A stretch of 38,747 nt of DNA from Acidimicrobiia bacterium (GCA_022821105.1 JAJEEH010000135.1:1-38747); one strand, 5' to 3'. Positions 8,885 to 18,823 are shown, counted from the stretch's first letter. The notes: a model not told the origin generated them from the sequence alone. Translations and numbers: made by a program.

Positions 8885-9652
8885 ATGGGAGTGCTCGATG
8901 GAAGAGTAGCGGTTATAACCGCTTCCGGTTCAGGCATGGGCCGGGCCGCGGCCCGGCGCATGGCTGGCGAGGGTGCTCATGTGGTGGTGGCTGATCTTCG
9001 CGCCGATGCCGCCGCGGAGACCGTGGATTTGATCGCCGATGCGGGGGGCGCGGCCAGCGCCTTCACCGTCGATGTCAGCGATGTGGCTCAGATTGAAGGG
9101 TTGATGGCCGAGGTCGGCTCGACTCACGGCAAGATCGACGTTCTCTACGCCCACGCCGGCATACCCGGACCGGCCGGGCTCGACATGAGCGAGGCCGACT
9201 ACGAGGAGACCGCGGCCATCAACATGAAATCGGCCTTCTTCACCGTTGCCCGGGCGGTGCCCCTGTTGGAGGCGTCGGGCAACGCGTCGATCATCCTCAC
9301 CGCTTCCACATCCGGGGTGGTGGGCTCGCCGTTCTCGCCGCTGTACTCGATGACCAAGGGAGCAATCGTGACGTTCGGCAAGTCGCTGGCTCTGGCCCTA
9401 GCCCCCAAGGTACGGGCCAACGTCATCTGCCCCGGCCCGGTGGACACACCCATGCTTCCGCTGTTCTTCGGACGAGAGCCTGGCACCGACGTCAAACCCC
9501 TGATGAAGGAGTTTCTGGAGACTTCGGTGCCTTTGCAGCGCCCATCGCAGCCCGAGGAGATCGCCGAAGTGGCGCTGTTTTTGGCCAGCGATGCCAGCAG
9601 TTTCGTTACCGGCGTGGCACTCCCGGTTGACGGTGGCTACTTGGCCCGATGA
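8885..9652 (+). CDS. SDR-family oxidoreductase
   Basis: ORF 8855..9652(+). The ATG at 8885 gives LDGRVAVITASGSGMGRA (a TGxxxGxG-type NAD(P) motif) near the N-terminus, and the catalytic YSMTK (YxxxK) is present. A GGGGG stretch lies upstream of 8885. Confidence 0.85.
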   Translation: MGVLDGRVAVITASGSGMGRAAARRMAGEGAHVVVADLRADAAAETVDLIADAGGAASAFTVDVSDVAQIEGLMAEVGSTHGKIDVLYAHAGIPGPAGLDMSEADYEETAAINMKSAFFTVARAVPLLEASGNASIILTASTSGVVGSPFSPLYSMTKGAIVTFGKSLALALAPKVRANVICPGPVDTPMLPLFFGREPGTDVKPLMKEFLETSVPLQRPSQPEEIAEVALFLASDASSFVTGVALPVDGGYLAR

Positions 9653-9656
9653 CCCA

Positions 9657-11975
9657 GTGAGCGCCGGAAGGTTCATCGGACAGCGGGTTCTTCGCAAGGA
9701 GGACCGGCGGCTCACCGCGGGGCGGGGCACCTACATCGCCAACATGGAGGTGCCGGGCATGCTTCACGCCCGGTTCGTGCGCAGCAGCGTGGCCCGGGGA
9801 GTGATCCGAGGCATTGACACTCAGGCGGCCAGGGCCCATCCCGGGGTGGTAGATGTGCTCACTGCGACGGAGCTGAACCCGCTGGCCGGGCCGATGTTCG
9901 CCGCGCTGATCGGCGACCTAGTGCCCTATCCGCCGTTGCGGGCCGTGGCTGATGGAGACGTCCGTTTTGTGGGCGAGCCTGTGGCCGTGGTCGTGGCCGA
10001 CAGCCCGTATGCCGCTTGGGATGCCGCCGAATTGGTCGAGGTGGACATAGAGACACAAACGCCAGTAATCGGGGCACAGGTCGCCTTGGAGAACAGCGTT
10101 GATCTGGTCCACCCGGAGCGAGACTCCAACGAGGCCCAGTCGATGCCGCCAACCGACCCTCCGGAGCTAGACGCGGCCTTCCAGTCGGCGGCCCATGTGG
10201 TTACCCGCACGTTCACCCAGTCACGCGCCACCAACGCTCCGATGGAGCCCCGCGGCATCATCGCCAGCTGGACGCCGTTCGCCGACAAGCTCGAAGCCTG
10301 GGTGTCGTCGCAGAATCCCCACGAGTACCACATCCACTTCGCCAACTTGCTCGGAATCGCCAACCACCAGGTCCACGTGCGGATGGGCGACATCGGCGGC
10401 GGGTTCGGCCAGAAGATGATGGTCACCCGGGACGAGGATTGCATCGTGCTGGCCAGCCGGCAGCTGTGCCGGCCAATCAAGTGGATCGAGGACCGCAGCG
10501 AGAACCTGATCTCGGCCAACCAGGCTAGGGCCGAGGTGCTCGAGGTGGCTATGGCATTGGACACCGATGCCCGGATCCTCGGATGCCGGGTGCGCCATGT
10601 GGAGGACGTGGGGGCCTATGCGGTGGGCGGGCACAGCAGCGCGTCGGGCAACCTGGCCCGATTCTTCCCCGGCCCGTATCGCGTTCCTCTCTACGGTTTT
10701 GCCAGCCGGTCGGCCTACACCAACACCGTCGGGCGAGCCGCCTATCGGGGGCCGTGGCTGAGCGAGACCACCGCCCGTGAGCAGATGATGGACCATGTGG
10801 CCCGCGAGCTGGGCATCGACCCGCTGGATCTGAGGCGCCGCAACACGGTGACCGCCGACGAGCTTCCCTACACCACCGCCACCGGCATGGTGTACGAGAA
10901 CGTGTCGCTGCGGGAGTGCCTGGACCAGGCCGCCCAGATGGTGGACTACGACGGGTTCCGCCAGCGCCAGCAGAAGGCCCGGGCCCAGGGCCGTTACCTC
11001 GGTTTGGGCATCAGCTCTTATGTGGAGCCCTCGGGCATGGCGTGGGCATCGTTGGCCACCGAGCAGGTCACCATCCGGATAGACCCTGCCGGCAAAGTGC
11101 GAATCTTCATGGGCAGCGGTGACCACGGGCAGAGCCTGGCCACCACCATGGGCCAACTGGTGGCCGAACATCTGGGTTGCGCGCTGGACGACATCGAGTT
11201 CGTGCAGGGCGATACCGCTGCCACCCCTTTCGGGGCTGGCACCGGCGGAAGCCGGTCAGCGGTCATCGGCGGTGGCGCGGCCATCGGCGCGGCCCGCGAG
11301 CTGCACGCCAAGGTGGCAGAGATTGCCGCCCACCTTCTGGAGGCCGCCGCCGCTGACATCGAGGTGAGCGACGGGGTGGCCTCGGTGGTCGGCACCCCTG
11401 CCCGAAGCATCACGCTGGGCGAGATCGCCGGGATCGCCTACCGCAGCACCGACCAGCTCCCCGCGGGCATGGAACCGGGGCTGGAGGCCAGCAACCGGTA
11501 TCAGCCGCCCAATGTGTTCACGTTTTCCAACGCCACCCACGTCTGCATCTGCGAGGTGGACATCGAAACCGGCCTGGTGTCCCTGGAGCGCTTCGTGGTC
11601 AGCGAGGACTGCGGGCGCATGATCAACCCCATGGTGGTCGACGGCCAGATCGCCGGCGGCGTGGTGCAGGGAATCGGCGGCGTACTGTGGGAGAACATGG
11701 CCTACGACGACCAAGGCAGCCCGCTGGCATCCACCTTCATGGACTACCTCATACCCAGCGCCCCGGAGTTGCCGCCCATCGAGTGCGGCCACATCGAGAC
11801 TTTGTCGAACACCGAGGGGGGCTTCAAGGGAATGGGGGAGGGAGGCACCATCGGCGCCCCCGCGGCGGTAGCCAATGCCGTGGCCGACGCTCTGGCCCCT
11901 CTCGGTGTGCAGGTGGACACGTTCCCCCTCGGGCCCCGCGAAGTGTTCGAGCTCATCCAAAGGGCTCAGCAATGA
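9657..11975 (+). CDS. Xanthine dehydrogenase/CO dehydrogenase-family molybdopterin-binding large subunit (CoxL-like), orphan
   Basis: In-frame GTG at 9657, 4 nt after the SDR stop. Blocks seen: VLRKEDRRLTAGRGTY (a/b-hammerhead N-terminus), GGGFGQK, AYRGPW, GFKGMGEGG (active-site Glu region). No 2Fe-2S or FAD subunit ORF lies nearby. Confidence 0.9.
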   Translation: MSAGRFIGQRVLRKEDRRLTAGRGTYIANMEVPGMLHARFVRSSVARGVIRGIDTQAARAHPGVVDVLTATELNPLAGPMFAALIGDLVPYPPLRAVADGDVRFVGEPVAVVVADSPYAAWDAAELVEVDIETQTPVIGAQVALENSVDLVHPERDSNEAQSMPPTDPPELDAAFQSAAHVVTRTFTQSRATNAPMEPRGIIASWTPFADKLEAWVSSQNPHEYHIHFANLLGIANHQVHVRMGDIGGGFGQKMMVTRDEDCIVLASRQLCRPIKWIEDRSENLISANQARAEVLEVAMALDTDARILGCRVRHVEDVGAYAVGGHSSASGNLARFFPGPYRVPLYGFASRSAYTNTVGRAAYRGPWLSETTAREQMMDHVARELGIDPLDLRRRNTVTADELPYTTATGMVYENVSLRECLDQAAQMVDYDGFRQRQQKARAQGRYLGLGISSYVEPSGMAWASLATEQVTIRIDPAGKVRIFMGSGDHGQSLATTMGQLVAEHLGCALDDIEFVQGDTAATPFGAGTGGSRSAVIGGGAAIGAARELHAKVAEIAAHLLEAAAADIEVSDGVASVVGTPARSITLGEIAGIAYRSTDQLPAGMEPGLEASNRYQPPNVFTFSNATHVCICEVDIETGLVSLERFVVSEDCGRMINPMVVDGQIAGGVVQGIGGVLWENMAYDDQGSPLASTFMDYLIPSAPELPPIECGHIETLSNTEGGFKGMGEGGTIGAPAAVANAVADALAPLGVQVDTFPLGPREVFELIQRAQQ

Positions 11976-13300
11976 GCAGGAGCATCTCCATCGGCAGCGG
12001 GTCGGCGTACTCCACCGATCGGCTGGACTGGGCCCAGGAGCTGGCCGACAGCGGCCTGGTGCAATACATGGGCTTCGACTGCTTGGCAGAGCGGACCATG
12101 GCGCTGGCTCAAGTGCGCCGCCTTGATGACGAGACCGCGGGACACGATCAGCGAATCCCCGAGCTCATGCGCCGCTTCGCCGGGTTCTTGCGCCGGGGCG
12201 GAAAGATGGTGGGCAACTTCGGCGCCGCCAATCCGGCCGCCGCGGCCGATGACGTGCTTCGAGGGCTGAAGCTCAACGGCGTCACCGGGGTGAGGGTGGG
12301 GGTGATCCACGGAGACGACGTGCTCGACCATGTGCTCGACCAGGACTTGGAGCTGCCCGAGATGGGGGTGACCGCCCAGGCCATCGCCGCCCAGGTGGTT
12401 TCGGCCAACGCCTACATCGGCGCCGATCCCATCGTGGAGCTCTTAGAAGAAGGCGCGCAGTTCATCCTCGGCGGCCGCGTCGCCGACCCGTCGCTCTATG
12501 TGGGGCCGATCGCCTATGAGATGGGCTGGGCGCTGGACGACTGGGAGAAGATGGGCACCGCAACCCTGGTGGCCCATCTTCTGGAGTGCGGCACCCACGC
12601 CACCGGCGGGAACTATGTGGATCCGCCCTACCGGGTGCTGGACGATATCGTCCACCTCGGTTTTCCCCTGGCCCACGTGAGCGAGGACGAGCTGGTCATC
12701 ACCAAGCTGGAGGGCACCGGCGGGGCGGTGGACATAGGCACCATGAAGACGCAGTTGGCTTACGAGATCCACGACCCGGCGGCCTATCTCACCCCCGACA
12801 GCACCGCGGACTTCTCACAAGTGTGGGTGGAGGAAGTGGGTCCGAACCGGGTGCGGGTCGGCGGTGCCTCGGGCCGCCCCCGCCCCGACTCTCTCAAGGT
12901 GCTGGTGGGGGTGGACCAGGGGTGGAAGGTGGTGACCGAGATCTCCTACGGCGGCGCGGGCTGCGTGGAGCGGGCTCAACTGGCCGCGGAGGTGGTGGCC
13001 AAGCGCCTGGAGCCGTACCAGTTGGGCATCGACGAGATCCGCTACGACTTCCACGGGATGAGCGCCCTGTTCGACGGCCAGCTTCCCGGCGGCGACCCGG
13101 CTGAGGTGCGGCTTCGCATTGCGGCCCGCTGCGACGATCGGGAGACGGCCGACGCGGTGGCTTTCGAGGGGCAATTCCTGTGGATGGGACCGGCCGGGGG
13201 CGGCGGGGTCACCACCCAGATGGCGCCGGCCATCGGGGTCACCCCCGCCCTGTTGCCCCGTGAGGATGTGAAGCTGATCACCGAGGTCATTGAGGCATGA
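11972..13300 (+). CDS. DUF1446 / AtuA-like (acyclic terpene utilisation family) protein
   Basis: The real start is ATG 11972 (MSRSISIGSGSAYSTDR), overlapping the CoxL-like TGA as ATGA. Length (442 aa) and blocks (GFDCLAERTMA, ANAYIGADPIVE, LLECGTHATGGNY) fit DUF1446. Confidence 0.75.
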   Translation: MSRSISIGSGSAYSTDRLDWAQELADSGLVQYMGFDCLAERTMALAQVRRLDDETAGHDQRIPELMRRFAGFLRRGGKMVGNFGAANPAAAADDVLRGLKLNGVTGVRVGVIHGDDVLDHVLDQDLELPEMGVTAQAIAAQVVSANAYIGADPIVELLEEGAQFILGGRVADPSLYVGPIAYEMGWALDDWEKMGTATLVAHLLECGTHATGGNYVDPPYRVLDDIVHLGFPLAHVSEDELVITKLEGTGGAVDIGTMKTQLAYEIHDPAAYLTPDSTADFSQVWVEEVGPNRVRVGGASGRPRPDSLKVLVGVDQGWKVVTEISYGGAGCVERAQLAAEVVAKRLEPYQLGIDEIRYDFHGMSALFDGQLPGGDPAEVRLRIAARCDDRETADAVAFEGQFLWMGPAGGGGVTTQMAPAIGVTPALLPREDVKLITEVIEA

Positions 13301-13629
13301 AGCTGCGGGAGTTCGCCTACAGCCGCTCCGGCGACAAGGGCGACATCGTGAACCTGTGCGTGTTTGTGTACGACGACGCAAACTGGGAGGTGCTGCGGCG
13401 CGAGCTCACCGTGGAAAAGGTGCGGGACAAGTTCGGCAGCCTGGTCAAGGGCGAGATCACCCGCTACGAGCTGCCCGGCACCAAGGGCCTGAACTTCGTG
13501 ATGACCGAGGCGCTCGGAGGAGGAGTGTCCATGAGTCTCCGAACCGACCCCCACGGCAAGTCCTACCAATCCCTACTCCTAGAAATCGACATCGACGCCG
13601 ACGAGGAGATCAAGCCCCGCCTCGGGTAG
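13297..13629 (+). CDS. Small DUF4387-like protein (corresponds to the AtuA C-terminal domain)
   Basis: 110-aa ORF whose ATG overlaps the DUF1446 TGA (ATGA). The block SRSGDKGDIVNLCVF...LNFVMTEALGGGVSMSLRTDPHGK resembles the C-terminal extension of long AtuA proteins. Confidence 0.6.
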   Translation: MKLREFAYSRSGDKGDIVNLCVFVYDDANWEVLRRELTVEKVRDKFGSLVKGEITRYELPGTKGLNFVMTEALGGGVSMSLRTDPHGKSYQSLLLEIDIDADEEIKPRLG

Positions 13630-13655
13630 CCGTTTAGGCCGGCCGGCTTGTCCGG

Positions 13656-15158
13656 TCAGCCGGCGGCGAGGTGTTCTCGGAGTTCTACTTTGCGGATTTT
13701 GCCGGTGACGGTGCGGGGGAAGCTGTCGACGGCGATGAATTCGTCGGGGACTTTGATCTTGGCCAATCGTTCTGCGCACCAATCCGCCAGCCCGTCGAGC
13801 GACTCTTCGGGTCGGAGCTCGACGAAGGCCACCGGGCGCTCGCCCCACTCGGGGTCTGGGTGCCCGACCACCGCTACTTCGGCAACTGCTGGGTGGTCGT
13901 AGAGCACGGCCTCGATCTCGCTGGGGTAGATGTTGACGCCGCCGCTGATGAGCATGTCTTTGGACCGGCCGACGATGTAGAGATAGCCGTCACCATCTAT
14001 GCGGCCCAGATCCCCGGTTCGCAGCCACCCGTCGACCAGAGCTTCAGCCGTCTGGTCGGGGTTGCGCCAGTAGCCGGCCATCACCTTCTCGCTTTTCACC
14101 CATATCTCGCCCACCTCTCCGGGAGCGACCTCGGCCCCGTTCTCGTCATGGAGTTCGATCCGGACCCCGGGCACGACGCGCCCGCACGAGTCGAGCAACT
14201 CGGGGCGTCCGGCCATGGCCAGGTCGTGGTCTTCGGGCAGCAGTCCGGTGAGGTTGGTAACGCATTCGGAGATGCCGTAGCCCTGGTAGAGCCCGCACCC
14301 GAAGCGCTCATAGGCCTGTTTGATGAGCGGCCCGGCAGTCGGGGCTGCGCCGTAGACGATGAGCCGCAGGCTGGACAGGTCGGCCTCCGCAAAGCCGGGA
14401 TGGTCGAGAATGCGGCGCAGCTGCGCGGGAACCAGGATCGAGATGGTCACCCGGTGCTCAGCCACCGCGGCGAAGAACGACTCCGGCGAGAAGGAGCGCA
14501 GCACCACGTGGGTCTGGCCGTCGGCCAGCATCGAGCACACCCGGGTGCCGGTGGCCGCGTGGTAAAGCGGCGTGGTGGACAAGAACACATCATCGGGTTG
14601 GAACCGCTGCACCAGGGCCATGGTCAGCCCGTTGAAGGCCAAGCCCCGCTGGGTGAGGCACACCCCTTTCGGCCTCCCGGTGGTTCCGCTGGTGTAGATG
14701 ATCAACGCGGTGTCTTGTTCGGTAGCGCGATCCAAATCGGCGAAGGGCTCCGACGCCAGCAGGCTTACGTAAGAGTCGCCGTCGGCATTGATCACCGGGC
14801 CGGTGGCGCCGATGGCCTTCAGGCGTTCGACATATGGGCCGGTTGCCACGGTGAGGATGGGCTCGGCGTTCGACAGGATGTAGGACAGCTCGGGATCGGT
14901 GAGCTGGGTGTTGAGCGGCACTGCCGCCGCGCCCAGATAGGCCACCGCCAGGTAGACGTCGAAAAAGACCAGCCCGTTGTCGGCCATGAGCGCCACCCGG
15001 TCGCCAGTCCCCACCCCCGCAGTCTCCAGACCGCTGGCCAGCCGGAGAACTCGGTCGTGCAGCTCCCCAAAGGAAGCAGATGGCCCTCCGGCAACCGCTA
15101 CCGCAGTCCGCTCGGGGTAGAGCGCCGCATCCCGCTCCAACAGGTCGACTATCCGCAT
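13656..15158 (-). CDS. AMP-dependent acyl-CoA synthetase/ligase (FadD-like)
   Basis: ORF 13656..15158(-), 500 aa. AMP-binding motif IIYTSGTTGRPKGV, then GYGISE, TGDLGRIDGDGYLYIVGRSKD and the C-terminal GKIRK. Confidence 0.9.
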   Translation of the reverse strand: MRIVDLLERDAALYPERTAVAVAGGPSASFGELHDRVLRLASGLETAGVGTGDRVALMADNGLVFFDVYLAVAYLGAAAVPLNTQLTDPELSYILSNAEPILTVATGPYVERLKAIGATGPVINADGDSYVSLLASEPFADLDRATEQDTALIIYTSGTTGRPKGVCLTQRGLAFNGLTMALVQRFQPDDVFLSTTPLYHAATGTRVCSMLADGQTHVVLRSFSPESFFAAVAEHRVTISILVPAQLRRILDHPGFAEADLSSLRLIVYGAAPTAGPLIKQAYERFGCGLYQGYGISECVTNLTGLLPEDHDLAMAGRPELLDSCGRVVPGVRIELHDENGAEVAPGEVGEIWVKSEKVMAGYWRNPDQTAEALVDGWLRTGDLGRIDGDGYLYIVGRSKDMLISGGVNIYPSEIEAVLYDHPAVAEVAVVGHPDPEWGERPVAFVELRPEESLDGLADWCAERLAKIKVPDEFIAVDSFPRTVTGKIRKVELREHLAAG

Positions 15159-15179
15159 TATGCGAGATTCCGGTTGCCG

Positions 15180-15593
15180 TCAGACGGGCACGATGTCGAC
15201 AATCTCATTCAAGCCTGCAAAGTCATTGGGGTTGCGAGTGTAGAGGGGCAAGTCGGCGGCGAGAGCGGTCGCAGCGATCATCAGATCGACCGCCCTTGCC
15301 CCGCGGGGTTTCCGCTCGGCGCTGAGGACCGCGGAGAAGACTCGTCCGTAGGCCCGGGCGGCATCGACATCGAATGGCAGAGGATCGAACGCAGCCTCTG
15401 TCCGCTGAAGACGATCTTGCCTCCGGCCTCGCTCCACTCGGTCGTTTGCGGCATGCGGGCCAGCTGCCAGCTCAGCCAAAGTCATGGCGCTGATAGCGAC
15501 CTCGTGCGGGAGGGCCGATGCCTCGATGTGTTCAAGATCGATAATCACCGAAGTGTCCAGCAGCCCGCGAGGTGGTCTGGGCGTCTCAGGCAC
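15180..15593 (-). CDS. vapC: PIN-domain toxin (VapC-type ribonuclease)
   Basis: The GTG at 15593 overlaps the end of the upstream antitoxin by 8 nt. LLDTSVIIDL carries the first PIN acidic residue, followed by TLAELA and LYTRNPNDF. The longer ORF extends to 15653. Confidence 0.75.
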   Translation of the reverse strand: MPETPRPPRGLLDTSVIIDLEHIEASALPHEVAISAMTLAELAAGPHAANDRVERGRRQDRLQRTEAAFDPLPFDVDAARAYGRVFSAVLSAERKPRGARAVDLMIAATALAADLPLYTRNPNDFAGLNEIVDIVPV

Positions 15594-15840
15594 GAGGAGA
15601 TGGATCTTGGTCGGCAACGGCGTCGAGGTCGGCCCGAAGATCCCAGTAGTCAACGCTGGGGGCAGTCCGGAAGAGCTCCACCGCAGCTTCAGCGGAAATG
15701 AAGCGGTGGCGGCGCAGCGGACTCAGCTCGCCTACCGGAACGCCATTGCGAGTCACCGTGAACGTCTTGCCTTCGTCCAGTTCGAGCATGATCTTCCCAC
15801 TGTTGTTCCGCAACTCCCGCTGGCTAATCTCACGGCTCAC
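15586..15840 (-). CDS. Phd/YefM-family type II antitoxin
   Basis: GTG at 15840, preceded by GGAAGT. VSREISQRELRNNSGKIMLELDEGKTFTVTRNGVPVGEL is a typical Phd/YefM N-terminus. It forms the 3' part of the spurious longer ORF 15586..16158. Confidence 0.7.
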   Translation of the reverse strand: MSREISQRELRNNSGKIMLELDEGKTFTVTRNGVPVGELSPLRRHRFISAEAAVELFRTAPSVDYWDLRADLDAVADQDPSPRA

Positions 15841-15913
15841 ACTTCCACTGTAGCACGCCGTGCGACACCTATTCGGATTGTTTGCATCAAACCAGGTTCG
15901 CCAGAAGGCGGGT

Positions 15914-16306
15914 TCAGATTTCGACGAGTTGGAGGGGGGTGTGCTCGGCGATGCGGTCATAGTCGCGGTCGTGGTGGAGTACGGGCACATTGAGGCGGAT
16001 GGCGACGGCCGCGATGAGGGCATCGGTTTGCGAGCGAATGGTGATTCCCCGCCACCTGAGTTCACGGTAGATCGTTGCAGCGTCGAGCCAGTCGAGCTTG
16101 GGGGAGAGCGCCTCGTGTTGCTGGGCTTCCAGCAGCCGTTGAGTTCGGGCGACGGCATCTCGGCGGGCGCCGGCCATGACCTCTAGCAGGATCGGGTCAA
16201 GGGTGATCACCTCTTGATCGGAAATCGCCTGGCGCATCCTCTGGGCCTGGGGAGAGCCTGCCGCAGACAAGAAGTCGACCCAGGCAGAGGTATCAGCTAT
16301 CAGCAC
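15914..16306 (-). CDS. vapC: PIN-domain toxin (VapC-type)
   Basis: The GTG at 16306 (VLIADTSAWVDFL...) overlaps the upstream VapB stop by 14 nt. A PIN-like acidic pattern is present (DTS, LLEV, QTDALIA, HHDRDYD). Confidence 0.75.
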   Translation of the reverse strand: MLIADTSAWVDFLSAAGSPQAQRMRQAISDQEVITLDPILLEVMAGARRDAVARTQRLLEAQQHEALSPKLDWLDAATIYRELRWRGITIRSQTDALIAAVAIRLNVPVLHHDRDYDRIAEHTPLQLVEI

Positions 16307-16523
16307 TGCTGCCCCAATCGGCGAACCGGTTGGCGCGCATGGTGTCGAGGTCGCCGTCCCAGCCGATGCCTTCCATTTCCAATTGCTCTTCAACGGTCAT
16401 CGGTCCGCCACCCAGAAGGCGCTCCAGGGCGAGATGCACCGCCTGGCGCTTTGTGCGAAGCCCGAATGTCTGCATGGCACGCTCAATGAGCTCATCGTCG
16501 ATATCGATGTTGGTCCGACTCAC
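16293..16523 (-). CDS. vapB: VapB-family (ribbon-helix-helix, DUF2191-like) antitoxin
   Basis: (V)SRTNIDIDDELIERAMQTFGLRTKRQAVHLALERLL matches the VapB antitoxin consensus. I prefer the GTG at 16523; the GTG at 16538 is the alternative. Confidence 0.7.
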   Translation of the reverse strand: MSRTNIDIDDELIERAMQTFGLRTKRQAVHLALERLLGGGPMTVEEQLEMEGIGWDGDLDTMRANRFADWGSSADS

Positions 16524-16548
16524 AACACCATCATACACCGCAATGTGT

Positions 16549-16595
16549 AATTGCCGATGAAGCTTGCGCTAGGGCACAGCTTCTAACCGGCAATT
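16549..16595. promoter_or_regulatory. Nested inverted repeat upstream of vapB, within the gap upstream region
   Basis: Outer arms AATTGCCG (16549..16556) and CGGCAATT (16588..16595). Inner arms GAAGCT (16559..16564) and AGCTTC (16578..16583). Confidence 0.3.
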
Positions 16596-16673
16596 CTGGG
16601 CTGGGGTGAGTATGGCTGATTTCGTTCGTCCCCATCATCAGAATTCGGCGGGTGGGCCGTTAGTCTCAGCCGC

Positions 16674-17684
<1,011 letters not shown>

Positions 17685-17692
17685 GCGCCGGA

Positions 17693-18823
17693 GTGCTTCC
17701 CACACTGGAAACGCTGGGCGAGTCCCTCGGCGGCCTGGACGGCCGCCGGATCCTTCTGCGGGCCGACTTCAACGTTCCGCTTGACGCTGGTGGCCAGATT
17801 ACCGACGACTTCCGCATAAAGGCCGCGCTGCCCACCATCCGCTGGCTCACCGGCCAAGGGGCCGCGGTGGTGGCGTGCAGCCACTTGGGCCGTCCCGATG
17901 GCAAGCCCAACCCCCAGTATTCGCTGGCCCCGGTGCAAGCCCGGCTAGGGGAACTGGCCCCTGGAGTTGAACTAATGGAGAACCTGCGCTTCGATCCGGG
18001 CGAGACCGGCAATGACGATGGTTACGTGCAGCGGTTGGTGGAGGGCTGCCACGGCTACGTGAACGACGCCTTCGGAGCGTCTCATCGAGCCCATGCCTCC
18101 ATCGTGGGACCGCCCCGCTATGTGCCCAGCGCAGCGGGCCGCCTGCTGGCCAAAGAAGCCGAGGTGCTATTGGGGCTGCGGGCCAAACCCAAGCGCCCGT
18201 TTGTTGCCGTGTTGGGCGGGGCCAAGGTCAGCGACAAGCTGGGGGTGATCGATGCCCTGTTGGAGACAGCCGACGAGGTGGTGATCGGCGGCGGCATGTG
18301 CTTCACCTTCCTGGCGGCCCAAGGCCACAGCGTGGGCGACTCGCTGCTCCAGCCCGACCAGATTGAGGCATGCGGCCGTTTGCTGAGTTCGGGCGCACCT
18401 ATCCGGCTCCCCTCCGACATCACCGCGCTTGCGCCGGGGGAGCGGGTGGTGCAGGCCGGAGTGGACCTGCACCCCGACTGGAAGGGATTGGACATCGGCC
18501 CGGGCACCGCGGCCGAGTTCAGCGACCTCATCGCCGAGGCTGGCACCGTGCTGTGGAACGGCCCCATGGGGCTGTTCGAAGACCCGAGGTTTGCAGCGGG
18601 CACGAAAGTCGTAGCCCAAGCGCTGGCCGACAGCCGCGCCTTCACCGTGGTGGGTGGGGGCGACAGCGCCGCCGCGGTCCGCCAATTCGGCTTGGATCGG
18701 GAGATGGACCACGTGTCCACCGGCGGCGGGGCGTCGTTGGAATTGATCGAGCAGGGCGACCTGCCCGGCTTGAGAGCACTGAGAGAATCAGTTGGAACTC
18801 CCGAGGAGGGACACGATGGCTGA
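17693..18823 (+). CDS. pgk: Phosphoglycerate kinase
   Basis: In-frame GTG at 17693, 8 nt after the gap stop. Blocks: RILLRADFNVPL, ITDDFRIKAALPTI, SHLGRPDG, VSTGGGASLE. Confidence 0.95.
   Translation: MLPTLETLGESLGGLDGRRILLRADFNVPLDAGGQITDDFRIKAALPTIRWLTGQGAAVVACSHLGRPDGKPNPQYSLAPVQARLGELAPGVELMENLRFDPGETGNDDGYVQRLVEGCHGYVNDAFGASHRAHASIVGPPRYVPSAAGRLLAKEAEVLLGLRAKPKRPFVAVLGGAKVSDKLGVIDALLETADEVVIGGGMCFTFLAAQGHSVGDSLLQPDQIEACGRLLSSGAPIRLPSDITALAPGERVVQAGVDLHPDWKGLDIGPGTAAEFSDLIAEAGTVLWNGPMGLFEDPRFAAGTKVVAQALADSRAFTVVGGGDSAAAVRQFGLDREMDHVSTGGGASLELIEQGDLPGLRALRESVGTPEEGHDG

Noticed and set aside
15180-16538. The TA islet as a mobile genetic element or defence island.
   Set aside because: There is no integrase, transposase, flanking direct repeat or tRNA target. 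Only two ordinary type II modules are present.
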